Below are positions 40,584 to 49,098 of a DNA stretch of 64,000 nt, one piece after another (position 1 is the stretch's first letter; every line of letters begins with the position of its first letter). A model generated the notes under the pieces. The model was given only the letters and a program-made list of their open reading frames with translations. It was not told the origin of the DNA and did not search any database. The position numbers and the translations under genes are program-made. The DNA comes from Acidobacteriota bacterium (GTDB lineage: Bacteria > Acidobacteriota > UBA890 > WLXD01), in contig CAXWPH010000015.1 of assembly GCA_963666055.2 (NCBI GenBank), positions 1,120,001-1,184,000 on the forward strand. The letters run 5' to 3'.

Positions 40584-40982
40584 TCAGATGAGCGTGAAGC
40601 CGGACGTCAATTCGAACTGCGGGGAGGGCTCGCACTCGATCTTCGGCTTGGACAAGGAGACAGGGGGGGCACCCGGCGGGGTGAAACTACAGGAGCAGGT
40701 GACGGTACCCGCGATATTGATTCCTGCACTGCCGACGTATGCAGGGTTCGCGGAGGCTGCTGTGACCGGCGTGTTTTTAGGAGACGACAGCGTGGTGGAA
40801 CCTTCCTCGTCCACCTTTAGCGAGACGTTGATGGTGCTCACCGTGCCGAAGATTGTGCCGGGAAAGCGGAGATCGATCGGTGAGGCCCCTCCCGCTCTGT
40901 CCAGAACGCACCCCACGTATCCGAACAACAGGATGATGGGCAACAGCACCAATGGAATGAGCAGCACGAACCAGTCGACCAT
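40584..40982 (-). CDS. Small putative lipoprotein (132 aa) with atypical signal peptide
   Basis: GGAG RBS; MVDWFVLLIPLVLLPIILLFGYVG-C25, then a beta-rich region with three more Cys. Confidence 0.72.
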   Translation of the reverse strand: MVDWFVLLIPLVLLPIILLFGYVGCVLDRAGGASPIDLRFPGTIFGTVSTINVSLKVDEEGSTTLSSPKNTPVTAASANPAYVGSAGINIAGTVTCSCSFTPPGAPPVSLSKPKIECEPSPQFELTSGFTLI

Positions 40983-40999
40983 CGGCCGGACTCCAGAGC

Positions 41000-41743
41000 T
41001 CAGTGGGTGTCGATCCACCCGGTGAACAAGACCGCCAGAGCGATGAGCGCAAAGGCGACGGAAAGCGCGCGCTGCACATTGAGCGCGCCGAAGTGTTCTT
41101 GGGTGGCGCGGGTGGACTGCAGCGCGTATCGACCGAGCATGTAGCCGACGGTGGCAGTCCAGAACACGGCCCCTGGGAAGAGGCGCGCACGCCACATCAT
41201 GACCGCGCCGAGCAGCAAAACGACCGCAAGCCCCGCCTCGAGTAGCTGGCTGGGAATGCGTCGTTGCCACCTGCCCGCCTCATCGGGGAGGTACAACGCG
41301 AGCGGCCCAGCGCTCGCTCGTCCGCAGCAACAGCCGTGCAGCAGACAGCCGATCCTCGTGAACACCATGGTGATGAGGATCGTGAAGATCGTCACGTCCC
41401 AGAACTGGCCGAAGGGGACCCGTAGTACCGCCAGCAGGGGAACGGACCCGGCGATGATCAGCGGCAGCCCGCCTAGCAACGACATGCCCCCTTCCGTTCG
41501 CCGCCAAATACGCTTCGGTTCGCTGCGGTACTGGTGCCATTCAGTAGCGACGAACAACAGGCGCGCGCCGATCAGCGCCGGGGCGATCAACAGCAGCATC
41601 ACCACCAGGACGCGCGCGCTATCGAGGCCGGCCAGGTTTGCGGCATAGTTCCCTGCGGTCATTCCAACCACCAGGCCCAGGTACAGCATGGCCGGGTAGC
41701 TGTGTATCCGGATATCACGCCAGGTGAACAGCACGCGTCGCAT
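41000..41743 (-). CDS. lgt: Prolipoprotein diacylglyceryl transferase family protein (divergent)
   Basis: IHSYPAM, LIGARLLFV, IW...GGMSLLGG, RIGCLLHGCCCG, PSQLLEA, Y..GR..LQ..R. Confidence 0.85.
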   Translation of the reverse strand: MRRVLFTWRDIRIHSYPAMLYLGLVVGMTAGNYAANLAGLDSARVLVVMLLLIAPALIGARLLFVATEWHQYRSEPKRIWRRTEGGMSLLGGLPLIIAGSVPLLAVLRVPFGQFWDVTIFTILITMVFTRIGCLLHGCCCGRASAGPLALYLPDEAGRWQRRIPSQLLEAGLAVVLLLGAVMMWRARLFPGAVFWTATVGYMLGRYALQSTRATQEHFGALNVQRALSVAFALIALAVLFTGWIDTH

Positions 41744-41778
41744 CGGCAACCTAACTAGAAAGGGCGTTGGTTCCCTTC

Positions 41779-42216
41779 TTACGAGGGTGTGACGAACATG
41801 GCGAGTCGCCAAAGTGTGGCGCCACCACCCAGGACGATGGCCAGATCTGCCAGGTTGAAAACCGGCCAGATGCGCAAGTCGATGAAGTCGACGACCGCGC
41901 CTCTGAGCGCAATGTCCATGAGGTTGCTGGCGGCGCCACCCAGGGCAGCCCCAATCCCCAGCTGCGCTGCGGGGGCTCGCAGAGCCGCGAGTTGATCGAC
42001 CAGCACCGCGATTCCCAACAGCGAGACCACCCACAGGATGCACAACATGCGCCTGCTACCAAGGAGGCCGTGCCCAAGTCGCGAATTCCGTAGCGGCCGG
42101 ATCCGTGGCGCCCACCAGGCGTCCGAGCCACAACCCGGGCCGGCTCGGCGGATTACGAGCCGCTTGCTTTGTTGGTCGAGCGCCAGCACCACGCCAGCCG
42201 CTAGTAGCCAGATCAT
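41779..42216 (-). CDS. lspA: Lipoprotein signal peptidase II (peptidase A8)
   Basis: [34 protein letters not shown]; both catalytic Asp positions are present. Confidence 0.88.
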   Translation of the reverse strand: MIWLLAAGVVLALDQQSKRLVIRRAGPGCGSDAWWAPRIRPLRNSRLGHGLLGSRRMLCILWVVSLLGIAVLVDQLAALRAPAAQLGIGAALGGAASNLMDIALRGAVVDFIDLRIWPVFNLADLAIVLGGGATLWRLAMFVTPS

Positions 42217-42248
42217 GAGTCACAATCCTCATGGTTACCGGGGCGCGC

Positions 42249-42278
42249 AGTCTATGGCGGTGCCTCGCGGCGCGTCAA
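42249..42278 (-). promoter_or_regulatory. Putative sigma70 promoter for the lspA-lgt operon
   Basis: Minus strand TTGACG-N18-TAGACT, about 30 bp upstream of the lspA start. Confidence 0.5.
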
Positions 42279-42335
42279 AGGAATGGCGATCGTACGGGTG
42301 CGGTAGGCGAGGGCCGCTAGTAGTAGGCTACGCCG

Positions 42336-43625
42336 ATGCGAAACACTCCTGATCGAAATGCGCTCGTCCCACGGGTCGTCGTTCTGTTGGTTGCGTCCGC
42401 ATTGGTGCTGTCGTGCGGCGGGGCGGAGGTCCCACAACCAGGCACTGCCTGGGGACAGTTCCGCGGTCCGAACCGTGACGGCGTGGCGCCGGACTTCTCG
42501 GGGCCGGATGAATGGCCCGATGCTCCCTCGGCAGTTTGGAATACGAACGTCGGCGCTGGCTACGCGTCGCCGATAACGGACGGTACGGCGGTCTATATGC
42601 ACAGTCGCGTCGACCAGCGCGAGGTGGTCTCGGCGCTCGATTTTGCCACCGGCGACCTCGTGTGGAGTGACCAGTACGACGCTCCTACGACGAAGGCGCC
42701 GGAGTTCGCGGCGAGCGAGGGGGAGGGGCCCTATGCGACACCGGTACTGCATGAGGGTGGTCTGTATACCTTCGGAGTTCACGGCATCGCTTCGGCGTAC
42801 GACGCCGAGTCGGGTGATCTGCGCTGGCGGCGTGATTTTGGTGATCGCATCGTCGAGGTCGAACGATCCTGCGGTGCCTCGTCGTCGCCGCTGATCGTCG
42901 ACGATCGGGTCGTCCTGCAGATCGGTGACGACGACTCCGGCGAGGTGCTTGCGTTGAGCCTCGAGAGCGGCGAGACGGTGTGGGCCTGGACCGGCCCTGC
43001 GGCGGGCAATGCTTCGCCGGTGCTGGCGACGATCGACAGCGTTCGGCAGATCATCACGATGACCGATGAGGCTGCTGTGGCGTTCGACGCGGCCGATGGC
43101 AAGCTCCTCTGGAGGCACCCCTTGCAGGGGGTGCCGGGATCGTGCTCGACGAACATCCCGTCGCCCGTCGTCGCTGAGCAGGTGGTGATCATTGCCGGGA
43201 TCCAGCACGGGACGGAGGCCGTCGCACCGATGAACGGCGCCGGCGGCTGGACAGTGGACACCGTATGGAAGAACGACGAGATCAAGCCCTTCTGGAGTAA
43301 CTTCGTGCTCGAGGGCGCCGAGCTGTTCGGTGTTTCCGGCCAGCGGAAGGGTCAGCTGTTCGCACTCGACCCAGCTACCGGGGAAGCACTTTGGACGACC
43401 GACGGGCGTGCGGGCGAAAATGGCTCGGTGCTGGCGGCCGGCGACTACGTCTTCTTCGTCATGAACGAGGGGGACCTCCACGTTGCGCGCCGCACGAGGC
43501 CGGGCCTCGAGCTCATCGCCGAGTACACCATTGCCGACGCCGCGGTCTGGGCTTACCCGCTTATCCACGACGGCGACCTGCTGGTGAAGGCCGGCGACAC
43601 GCTGACACGCTGGTCGTTCGACTAG
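42336..43625 (+). CDS. PQQ-binding-like (BamB-type) beta-propeller lipoprotein
   Basis: Lipobox LVLSC; WGQFRGPNRDG, GYASP, GPYATP, SSSPLIV, ALD..TG...W repeats. Confidence 0.9.
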   Translation: MRNTPDRNALVPRVVVLLVASALVLSCGGAEVPQPGTAWGQFRGPNRDGVAPDFSGPDEWPDAPSAVWNTNVGAGYASPITDGTAVYMHSRVDQREVVSALDFATGDLVWSDQYDAPTTKAPEFAASEGEGPYATPVLHEGGLYTFGVHGIASAYDAESGDLRWRRDFGDRIVEVERSCGASSSPLIVDDRVVLQIGDDDSGEVLALSLESGETVWAWTGPAAGNASPVLATIDSVRQIITMTDEAAVAFDAADGKLLWRHPLQGVPGSCSTNIPSPVVAEQVVIIAGIQHGTEAVAPMNGAGGWTVDTVWKNDEIKPFWSNFVLEGAELFGVSGQRKGQLFALDPATGEALWTTDGRAGENGSVLAAGDYVFFVMNEGDLHVARRTRPGLELIAEYTIADAAVWAYPLIHDGDLLVKAGDTLTRWSFD

Positions 43626-43643
43626 CGGCTCGCGATCGTCGCC

Positions 43644-44354
43644 TCAGCCGCCGGCGCGCTCGAGGGATTCCTGCAACCAATCGGATCCGGCCTTCGACCC
43701 CACGGCGCGGGCGAGGAACCCCGTTGCGTTGGCTACCGCGAAGCTGATGCCGCGCACATTGCGCTCTGGGGGCACCCCGGGGATCGGCCGTGGTAGCGGC
43801 GACGCCCGCAGCGTCAGGCCGGCGCCGGGCGCAGCACTGTCTACGATGATCTCGTCGCGGGCACACTCAGCGTCGGCGACGACGCCGACGACCTCGGGCA
43901 GGCTTCCCGGCCACCAGCGCACGGCGCGGTGACTCCGTGCGGAGACCACCAGCAGGCCTGCGTCGCGAGCCCGGAGCACGGCGCCGCGCAGCAGCTCGGC
44001 ATGCTCGCGACGGGGCGTGCCGAGGCTGAGGTTGGCGATCTGCAGGCGTTGCGTTGCGGCCCAGTCGATGGCGCGGGCCAGGTTGGCGGCGCTGGTCGAC
44101 AACGAGGTCTCGAACACCTTCACAACGTGCAGCTCCGCACCGGGCGCCTTTTCCTGGATTGCCGCCGCCACGGCGGTTCCGTGGCCGAGTCGGTCGAGCA
44201 CGTCATCGTGTTCGACGCCGCCTGGGTCAATCGCCACACCGGACGCATACGCTCTGATATGTGGGTTGTCGGTGTTGATGCCGCTGTCGATGATCGCTAC
44301 TCGGACACCGTCTCCGTTGCTGTCAAACGGAGGCTCGTCGAGGCGCCACCTCAC
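43644..44354 (-). CDS. qhpE: Subtilisin-like (S8) QhpC leader peptidase
   Basis: VAIIDSG, GHGT, ANLSLG, GISFA triad; last gene of the qhp cluster. Confidence 0.88.
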   Translation of the reverse strand: MRWRLDEPPFDSNGDGVRVAIIDSGINTDNPHIRAYASGVAIDPGGVEHDDVLDRLGHGTAVAAAIQEKAPGAELHVVKVFETSLSTSAANLARAIDWAATQRLQIANLSLGTPRREHAELLRGAVLRARDAGLLVVSARSHRAVRWWPGSLPEVVGVVADAECARDEIIVDSAAPGAGLTLRASPLPRPIPGVPPERNVRGISFAVANATGFLARAVGSKAGSDWLQESLERAGG

Positions 44355-46147
44355 GTGAGAGAGCGGTCTTGCGGGGGCGCCGCATCGTCGACCGGCTTGG
44401 CGGCCGACCGTTCGACGTCGGTTCCGAACAGTGCCGAGAACGCCCCTGCTCTTGCGGCCAGGGTCTCGGGTGCACCCTGTTCGACGATACGCGCGCCGTC
44501 CACTACCACCACACGGTCTGCACGGCGGGCCATCTCGTAGCGGTGCGAGATCAGCAGTGTGGTACGTCCGCGCATGATCGCCTCGTAGCTGTCGATGACG
44601 TGCCGCTCCGATACTGGATCGAGCGATGCGGTGGCCTCGTCCAGCACCAGCACCGCCGGATCGGCGAGAAACGCGCGAGCGATGGCAATGCGCTGACGCT
44701 CGCCGGCCGATATGGCCGTGCCGCGCTCACCGACCACTGTGTCGTAGCCGTCGGGTAGGCCGTCGATAAACGCCGCGATGCCCGCTGATCGAGCCGCGTC
44801 GCGCACCTGATCGTCGCTGGCGTCGGGCCGCGCGTAGCGGATGTTCTCCGCGATGGAGGTGTTGAACAGGAACGGCTCCTGCTCCACCGCCACGACGTGG
44901 CGGCGCACGTCGTCGAGACGAAGATCGCGTAGCCGGTGGCCATCGAGGCGCACGTCTCCCTCATCAGGGTCGAGATGGCGCAGCAGCAGGTCGACGACGG
45001 TCGACTTGCCACCGCCGCTCGGTCCGACGATGGCGACCACCTCGCCGGGCCTCACCGACAGCGTCACGTCGTCGAGCACCGCGCCACCACGGTCGAACGT
45101 GAAGCTCACCCCTTCGAGCTCGACCTCACCGCGCGCCTCACGTAGAGCAATGGCGTCCTCACGCTCGGTCACCTCGATCGGCGTGTCGAGAATCTCGTGC
45201 ACGCGACCCAGCGATACCCGCGCCGTCGCCAGGTTCGTGTACAAGCCCATCAAGCCCTGCACCGGCGAGAGCAGCCGCGTTTGATAGGCCATGAACGCGA
45301 CCAGATCTCCCATCGTGATGGCGCCGGCGATAACCCGGCTGCCCCCATACAGGAAGACGACCGCAGTGCCGGCGGAGAGGATCAGCCCGGGCAGGCCGCC
45401 GGCCAGGTAGCTGAGTCGCCGCATGCCCATGAGCGCCTCGATGAAGGCATCGTTCTTGCCACGGAACCGACCCTCTTCCCGCAACTGTGCGTTGGACGAG
45501 ACGATGAGCTTCATGCCTTGCAGCGTCTCGATCAGAAAGCTGCCGATGTCGGCGCTGCGCTCGCGCATCGTCAGTACCCTCGACTCGAGCCGCCGGCGAT
45601 AGTAGACCAGCGCCACCATGCTGATCGGCATCAGGATCACGCTCACCGCGAACAGCCGCGCGTCGAGCCAGATCATCACCGCCACGGTGCCAACGAGAAA
45701 CAGGATGTTGCCAACCCAGGCGAGTGCCGTTTCGGCGGCGATGCGCTGGATCTCACCGATATCGTTGTTGATACGCGACACGACGTCACCGAGCTTGGCA
45801 TGGGCGTAGAAGCGTGGTGACAGCCGCTGCATGTGGCGGTACAGATCGAGCCGCATGTCGAAGAGGATCTCGGCCGACACGCGTGTGTAGCGCAGTCCAC
45901 TGACCACGTTGATCGCGAAGCCCAGCAACGTGGCGATGCCGAACAGCGCGATGATGCGCACCAGCGCGCCCATGTTCTGTCCCAGGAGGGCGTTGTCGAC
46001 GAGGTCTTTAGACAGGTAGGGCACATAGAGCGACACCAGCGTGCTGGCGAAGCTGAGCACGATGACCAGAACCAGGCGATGCCAGTACGGCACCACGTAG
46101 GCCAACGCCCAACGGAGCTCGCCGCGGCGCGGCACCCGGGCGGTCAT
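44351..46147 (-). CDS. qhpF: ABC exporter, permease-ATPase fusion
   Basis: Six TM segments, GPSGGGKST, ISAGERQR, LVLDEAT; located in the qhp cluster. Confidence 0.88.
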   Translation of the reverse strand: MTARVPRRGELRWALAYVVPYWHRLVLVIVLSFASTLVSLYVPYLSKDLVDNALLGQNMGALVRIIALFGIATLLGFAINVVSGLRYTRVSAEILFDMRLDLYRHMQRLSPRFYAHAKLGDVVSRINNDIGEIQRIAAETALAWVGNILFLVGTVAVMIWLDARLFAVSVILMPISMVALVYYRRRLESRVLTMRERSADIGSFLIETLQGMKLIVSSNAQLREEGRFRGKNDAFIEALMGMRRLSYLAGGLPGLILSAGTAVVFLYGGSRVIAGAITMGDLVAFMAYQTRLLSPVQGLMGLYTNLATARVSLGRVHEILDTPIEVTEREDAIALREARGEVELEGVSFTFDRGGAVLDDVTLSVRPGEVVAIVGPSGGGKSTVVDLLLRHLDPDEGDVRLDGHRLRDLRLDDVRRHVVAVEQEPFLFNTSIAENIRYARPDASDDQVRDAARSAGIAAFIDGLPDGYDTVVGERGTAISAGERQRIAIARAFLADPAVLVLDEATASLDPVSERHVIDSYEAIMRGRTTLLISHRYEMARRADRVVVVDGARIVEQGAPETLAARAGAFSALFGTDVERSAAKPVDDAAPPQDRSLT

Positions 46148-46163
46148 GTCGAGGAGGCTGCTC

Positions 46164-47306
46164 TCAGGGGCGCCCGGAATCTGTTGCTGGAACCACGATC
46201 AGATCGGTGGTGGTATCGCCGTCTAGCGTCAGCGTACGCTGGTAGCGGTAGTCGGCGGCGCTGTAGATATCGACCGTGTTGCCGGCGTTGAATACGTATA
46301 GCAACTTGCCGTTCGAGCTCGGCATGACGCGCATGCGCGGACGCCCCTCAAAGGTCTGGCGGCTCTCTACTCGCCGACCTTCCAGGTCGAAGGTCCAGAA
46401 CTCGTAGTGGCCGATGCTCTGGAACAGGCCGTACGCCTTCTTGCCATCCGGGGCAAGCGAGAAGCTCACCCCCATGGACGGGCCAAGCGTGTAGTAGTCG
46501 ACGCTCTTGTCCGGCAGGTTGACCCGTGCCACCCCCATCAGACGCCTTCCGTTGATCGGATCGGTGGTGCGGAACAGCCCCGTGAAGAACCCGGGCTCGT
46601 CGTAGATGTTGGGGCTGATACCGAAGTTCAGCGCCCCCATCCCCGACTCCATCGGACGGGAGATCTCCCACGTGTCGACTTCCTCGAAGCTCTCGGTCTC
46701 GAGGATCGTCACCTCCTCGGTCATGATGTACAGCAGGTCGCCGTCGGGCGAGAACATCATCTGGCTGAACTCGCGTTCCACGCCGCCCGGCCAGGGGATA
46801 TCGCGCATGACCTCGCGCGTCTCGAGGTTGTACTGCTGCAACACCGGCGGTCCGATCTCGAAGCGATCAATGAGCTTCGTATCCGTGCTGGTGTGCAGAA
46901 TGAGGTACTCCTCGCTGGGATGGATGGCGACTCGCCAGATCCGCACCTTCGAGTTGTCGTGGCTCAGCGAGTGGACGTCGATGGACTCACGGCTGGCGAC
47001 ATCGAAGATCTCGATGTACTCGAAGTCCGCGCTGGTGGAATAGAGCCGCTGGCGATCGCGCGTCAGCTGCAGGTTACGAGGGATCCCCGCGGTGGCCTCG
47101 ATGCGGTCGACGACCGCCATCGTGGCCTCGTCGATGACCATGATGGCGTGTTCGTAGGTGCCGACGTACATCGTCGCGTTGCCGCCGCTGGGGTGCTGCT
47201 GCGCTGTCGCGCCGCCCAGCAAGAGGCCCAGAACACACAACGTGACGGCGCTCGACAAGACCACCCGCCGGCCAGCGCCGGCTGCGAAGACCCGCGTCGA
47301 GCTCAC
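46164..47306 (-). CDS. qhpB: Quinohemoprotein amine dehydrogenase beta subunit (beta-propeller)
   Basis: GTGA overlap with qhpC; signal peptide; propeller repeats (FSPDGDLLY, LAPDGKKAY, SSNGKLLY); position in the cluster. Confidence 0.78.
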   Translation of the reverse strand: MSSTRVFAAGAGRRVVLSSAVTLCVLGLLLGGATAQQHPSGGNATMYVGTYEHAIMVIDEATMAVVDRIEATAGIPRNLQLTRDRQRLYSTSADFEYIEIFDVASRESIDVHSLSHDNSKVRIWRVAIHPSEEYLILHTSTDTKLIDRFEIGPPVLQQYNLETREVMRDIPWPGGVEREFSQMMFSPDGDLLYIMTEEVTILETESFEEVDTWEISRPMESGMGALNFGISPNIYDEPGFFTGLFRTTDPINGRRLMGVARVNLPDKSVDYYTLGPSMGVSFSLAPDGKKAYGLFQSIGHYEFWTFDLEGRRVESRQTFEGRPRMRVMPSSNGKLLYVFNAGNTVDIYSAADYRYQRTLTLDGDTTTDLIVVPATDSGRP

Positions 47307-47650
47307 GGGAAGATCAGGTCGATCTTGCGCCAATCCTTCTGTGCCGCGGCGCAGGTCTTTGTCCAATCGGGCGTGTAGTTGAGCTGGTCGGGTACCTGTG
47401 CCGGCCAGAAGCAGCCCAGGTAGCAATCGAACAGGTCGCGCTCCACTGGCGAACAAAGGCCCGCGGTCCCGCCGCTGCTGTCGACTTCCCAACCGGGCTG
47501 GAACACCAGCGAGCAGCCGAGCGGAATGTGTGGCTCGTCGGGTTGCTGCGGGACAGCTTGCCCTTGCGGGTCGCTCAAGGCCACCACATCGCGTGCCAGG
47601 TGCTGCTCGATGCGCCCGGCCTTCATGTTGACTGGCTTCAGGTGCTTCAT
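47303..47650 (-). CDS. qhpC: Quinohemoprotein amine dehydrogenase gamma subunit precursor (CTQ-bearing)
   Basis: MKHLKPVN leader; GC....PGWEVD, LC.P.E.DL..C...C.WPAQVPD, DWRK. Confidence 0.95.
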   Translation of the reverse strand: MKHLKPVNMKAGRIEQHLARDVVALSDPQGQAVPQQPDEPHIPLGCSLVFQPGWEVDSSGGTAGLCSPVERDLFDCYLGCFWPAQVPDQLNYTPDWTKTCAAAQKDWRKIDLIFP

Positions 47651-49098
47651 TGGTCCCTACCTTCGAAGATAGCGAGGTAGCCAGGATTGTGCTCGGCTAT
47701 TTCACCATAGACGCGCAAACAGGTGTCGGTCCAGGCGCGGATCCAGTCGCAATAGTGGAGGTTCGGTCCGCGGGTAGTCCCGTAGCGGGTGTGCGCCTCG
47801 TGGTAACAGCCCCCGGCGCATAGGGGTCGTGCCCAGCATTTCTGGCAATCGGTCTTGTCGTCGACGTGATGAGTCTCGAGGAAGTGCAGCTGCTGGCTGC
47901 GATCGATGCCGTCCTCGACGGTGCCGAGCTTGTGCTCATCGGATCCCGCGAAACGGTGGCAGAGCGCGACGTCGCCGCCGGTAGCCACGCCGAGCAGCCC
48001 GAGCCCGGCGCCACAGGGATAGGCCTTGCTTATGCCTTTGTGGATTTCCTCGATGGTGTCCTTGACGTTCGAGAAGCCGTGATGACGGTTCTCGAGCGCT
48101 GCCTCGAGAAACTCCTCGGCGAGCTCGTCGAAGCCTGAGAGCATGGTGTCGAAGCCGTTGTTACCGATCGCCCAGTCGCGACCCCATGACGTGGTGACGG
48201 GGGCGAATCCGACTTCCCTGAAGCCGATATCGTCGCGCAGGTGATGGTAGATACGCTTCACGTCCAGGTTGTTCTTGGTCAGCGTGACCCTGGCACCGAT
48301 CGGCCGCGTCGTATGGCGCTTCAGCAGCTCACGCACCTTGGGAACGATGATGTCGTAGGTACCGCCGCCCCCCTTGAAGACGCGAAGCTCGTCCTGCATC
48401 TCCTTGGGCCCGTCGATCGACACGGTGACACCGATCTCGTTTTCGGTGAGCCACTCGATAATGTCGGGTCGCAACAGGGTGGCGTTGGTGGTGAGGCTGA
48501 ACTCGATGCCCTTGCCGAGCTGCTCGGCGCGCTGGCGCGCGTAGCCAACTGTCTTCTTCAAGACGGGGAAGTTCATCAGCGTCTCACCGCCGAAGAACGT
48601 CAGGTGTACGGTCTCGATCTCGGCCGATTCCTCCAGCATGAAGTCGACGCTCTGTTGTGCCGTCTCCTCGCTCATGAACTTGGGCTGGCGACCGTTCTCG
48701 GTGTCGACGATCTTGTCGTCGCTGTACTCGTAGCAGTAGCCGCAGCTCAGATTGCACTGGTTGGTGACGTTCAGGACCAGCGTGGTCAGCGGGAACGGTG
48801 TCGGCGGCATCTGCTTGGGTAGCGGCTGCGGTGCGGCGCCGGCCTCGCCGACGGCGCGCACTTGCATGAGCTCGTTGACGCTGTGGTAGACGGCTTCCGG
48901 GTCGAAGCGCTCGGCGAGCTGGTCGACCAGCTCGGACGCCGCCATCGGCTTTTCGTCGAGACGCTCGAGGACCGCCGCTGACGTCTCGTCGAGACCGAAT
49001 ACCGCGGCACTGGGAACCATGTAGAGGAACTGCCGGCCGGCCGCCTCGAAGGCGTGGTACTCGCCCACCGACAGCGCTACTTCCGTACGCATGTTCAT
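47647..49098 (-). CDS. qhpD: Radical SAM/SPASM thioether-forming maturase
   Basis: N-terminal RRE-like region; CNLSCGYC; FFGGE; SPASM CGAG...CH...CQKC...CAGGC...C. ATGA overlap with qhpA. Confidence 0.95.
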   Translation of the reverse strand: MNMRTEVALSVGEYHAFEAAGRQFLYMVPSAAVFGLDETSAAVLERLDEKPMAASELVDQLAERFDPEAVYHSVNELMQVRAVGEAGAAPQPLPKQMPPTPFPLTTLVLNVTNQCNLSCGYCYEYSDDKIVDTENGRQPKFMSEETAQQSVDFMLEESAEIETVHLTFFGGETLMNFPVLKKTVGYARQRAEQLGKGIEFSLTTNATLLRPDIIEWLTENEIGVTVSIDGPKEMQDELRVFKGGGGTYDIIVPKVRELLKRHTTRPIGARVTLTKNNLDVKRIYHHLRDDIGFREVGFAPVTTSWGRDWAIGNNGFDTMLSGFDELAEEFLEAALENRHHGFSNVKDTIEEIHKGISKAYPCGAGLGLLGVATGGDVALCHRFAGSDEHKLGTVEDGIDRSQQLHFLETHHVDDKTDCQKCWARPLCAGGCYHEAHTRYGTTRGPNLHYCDWIRAWTDTCLRVYGEIAEHNPGYLAIFEGRDQ

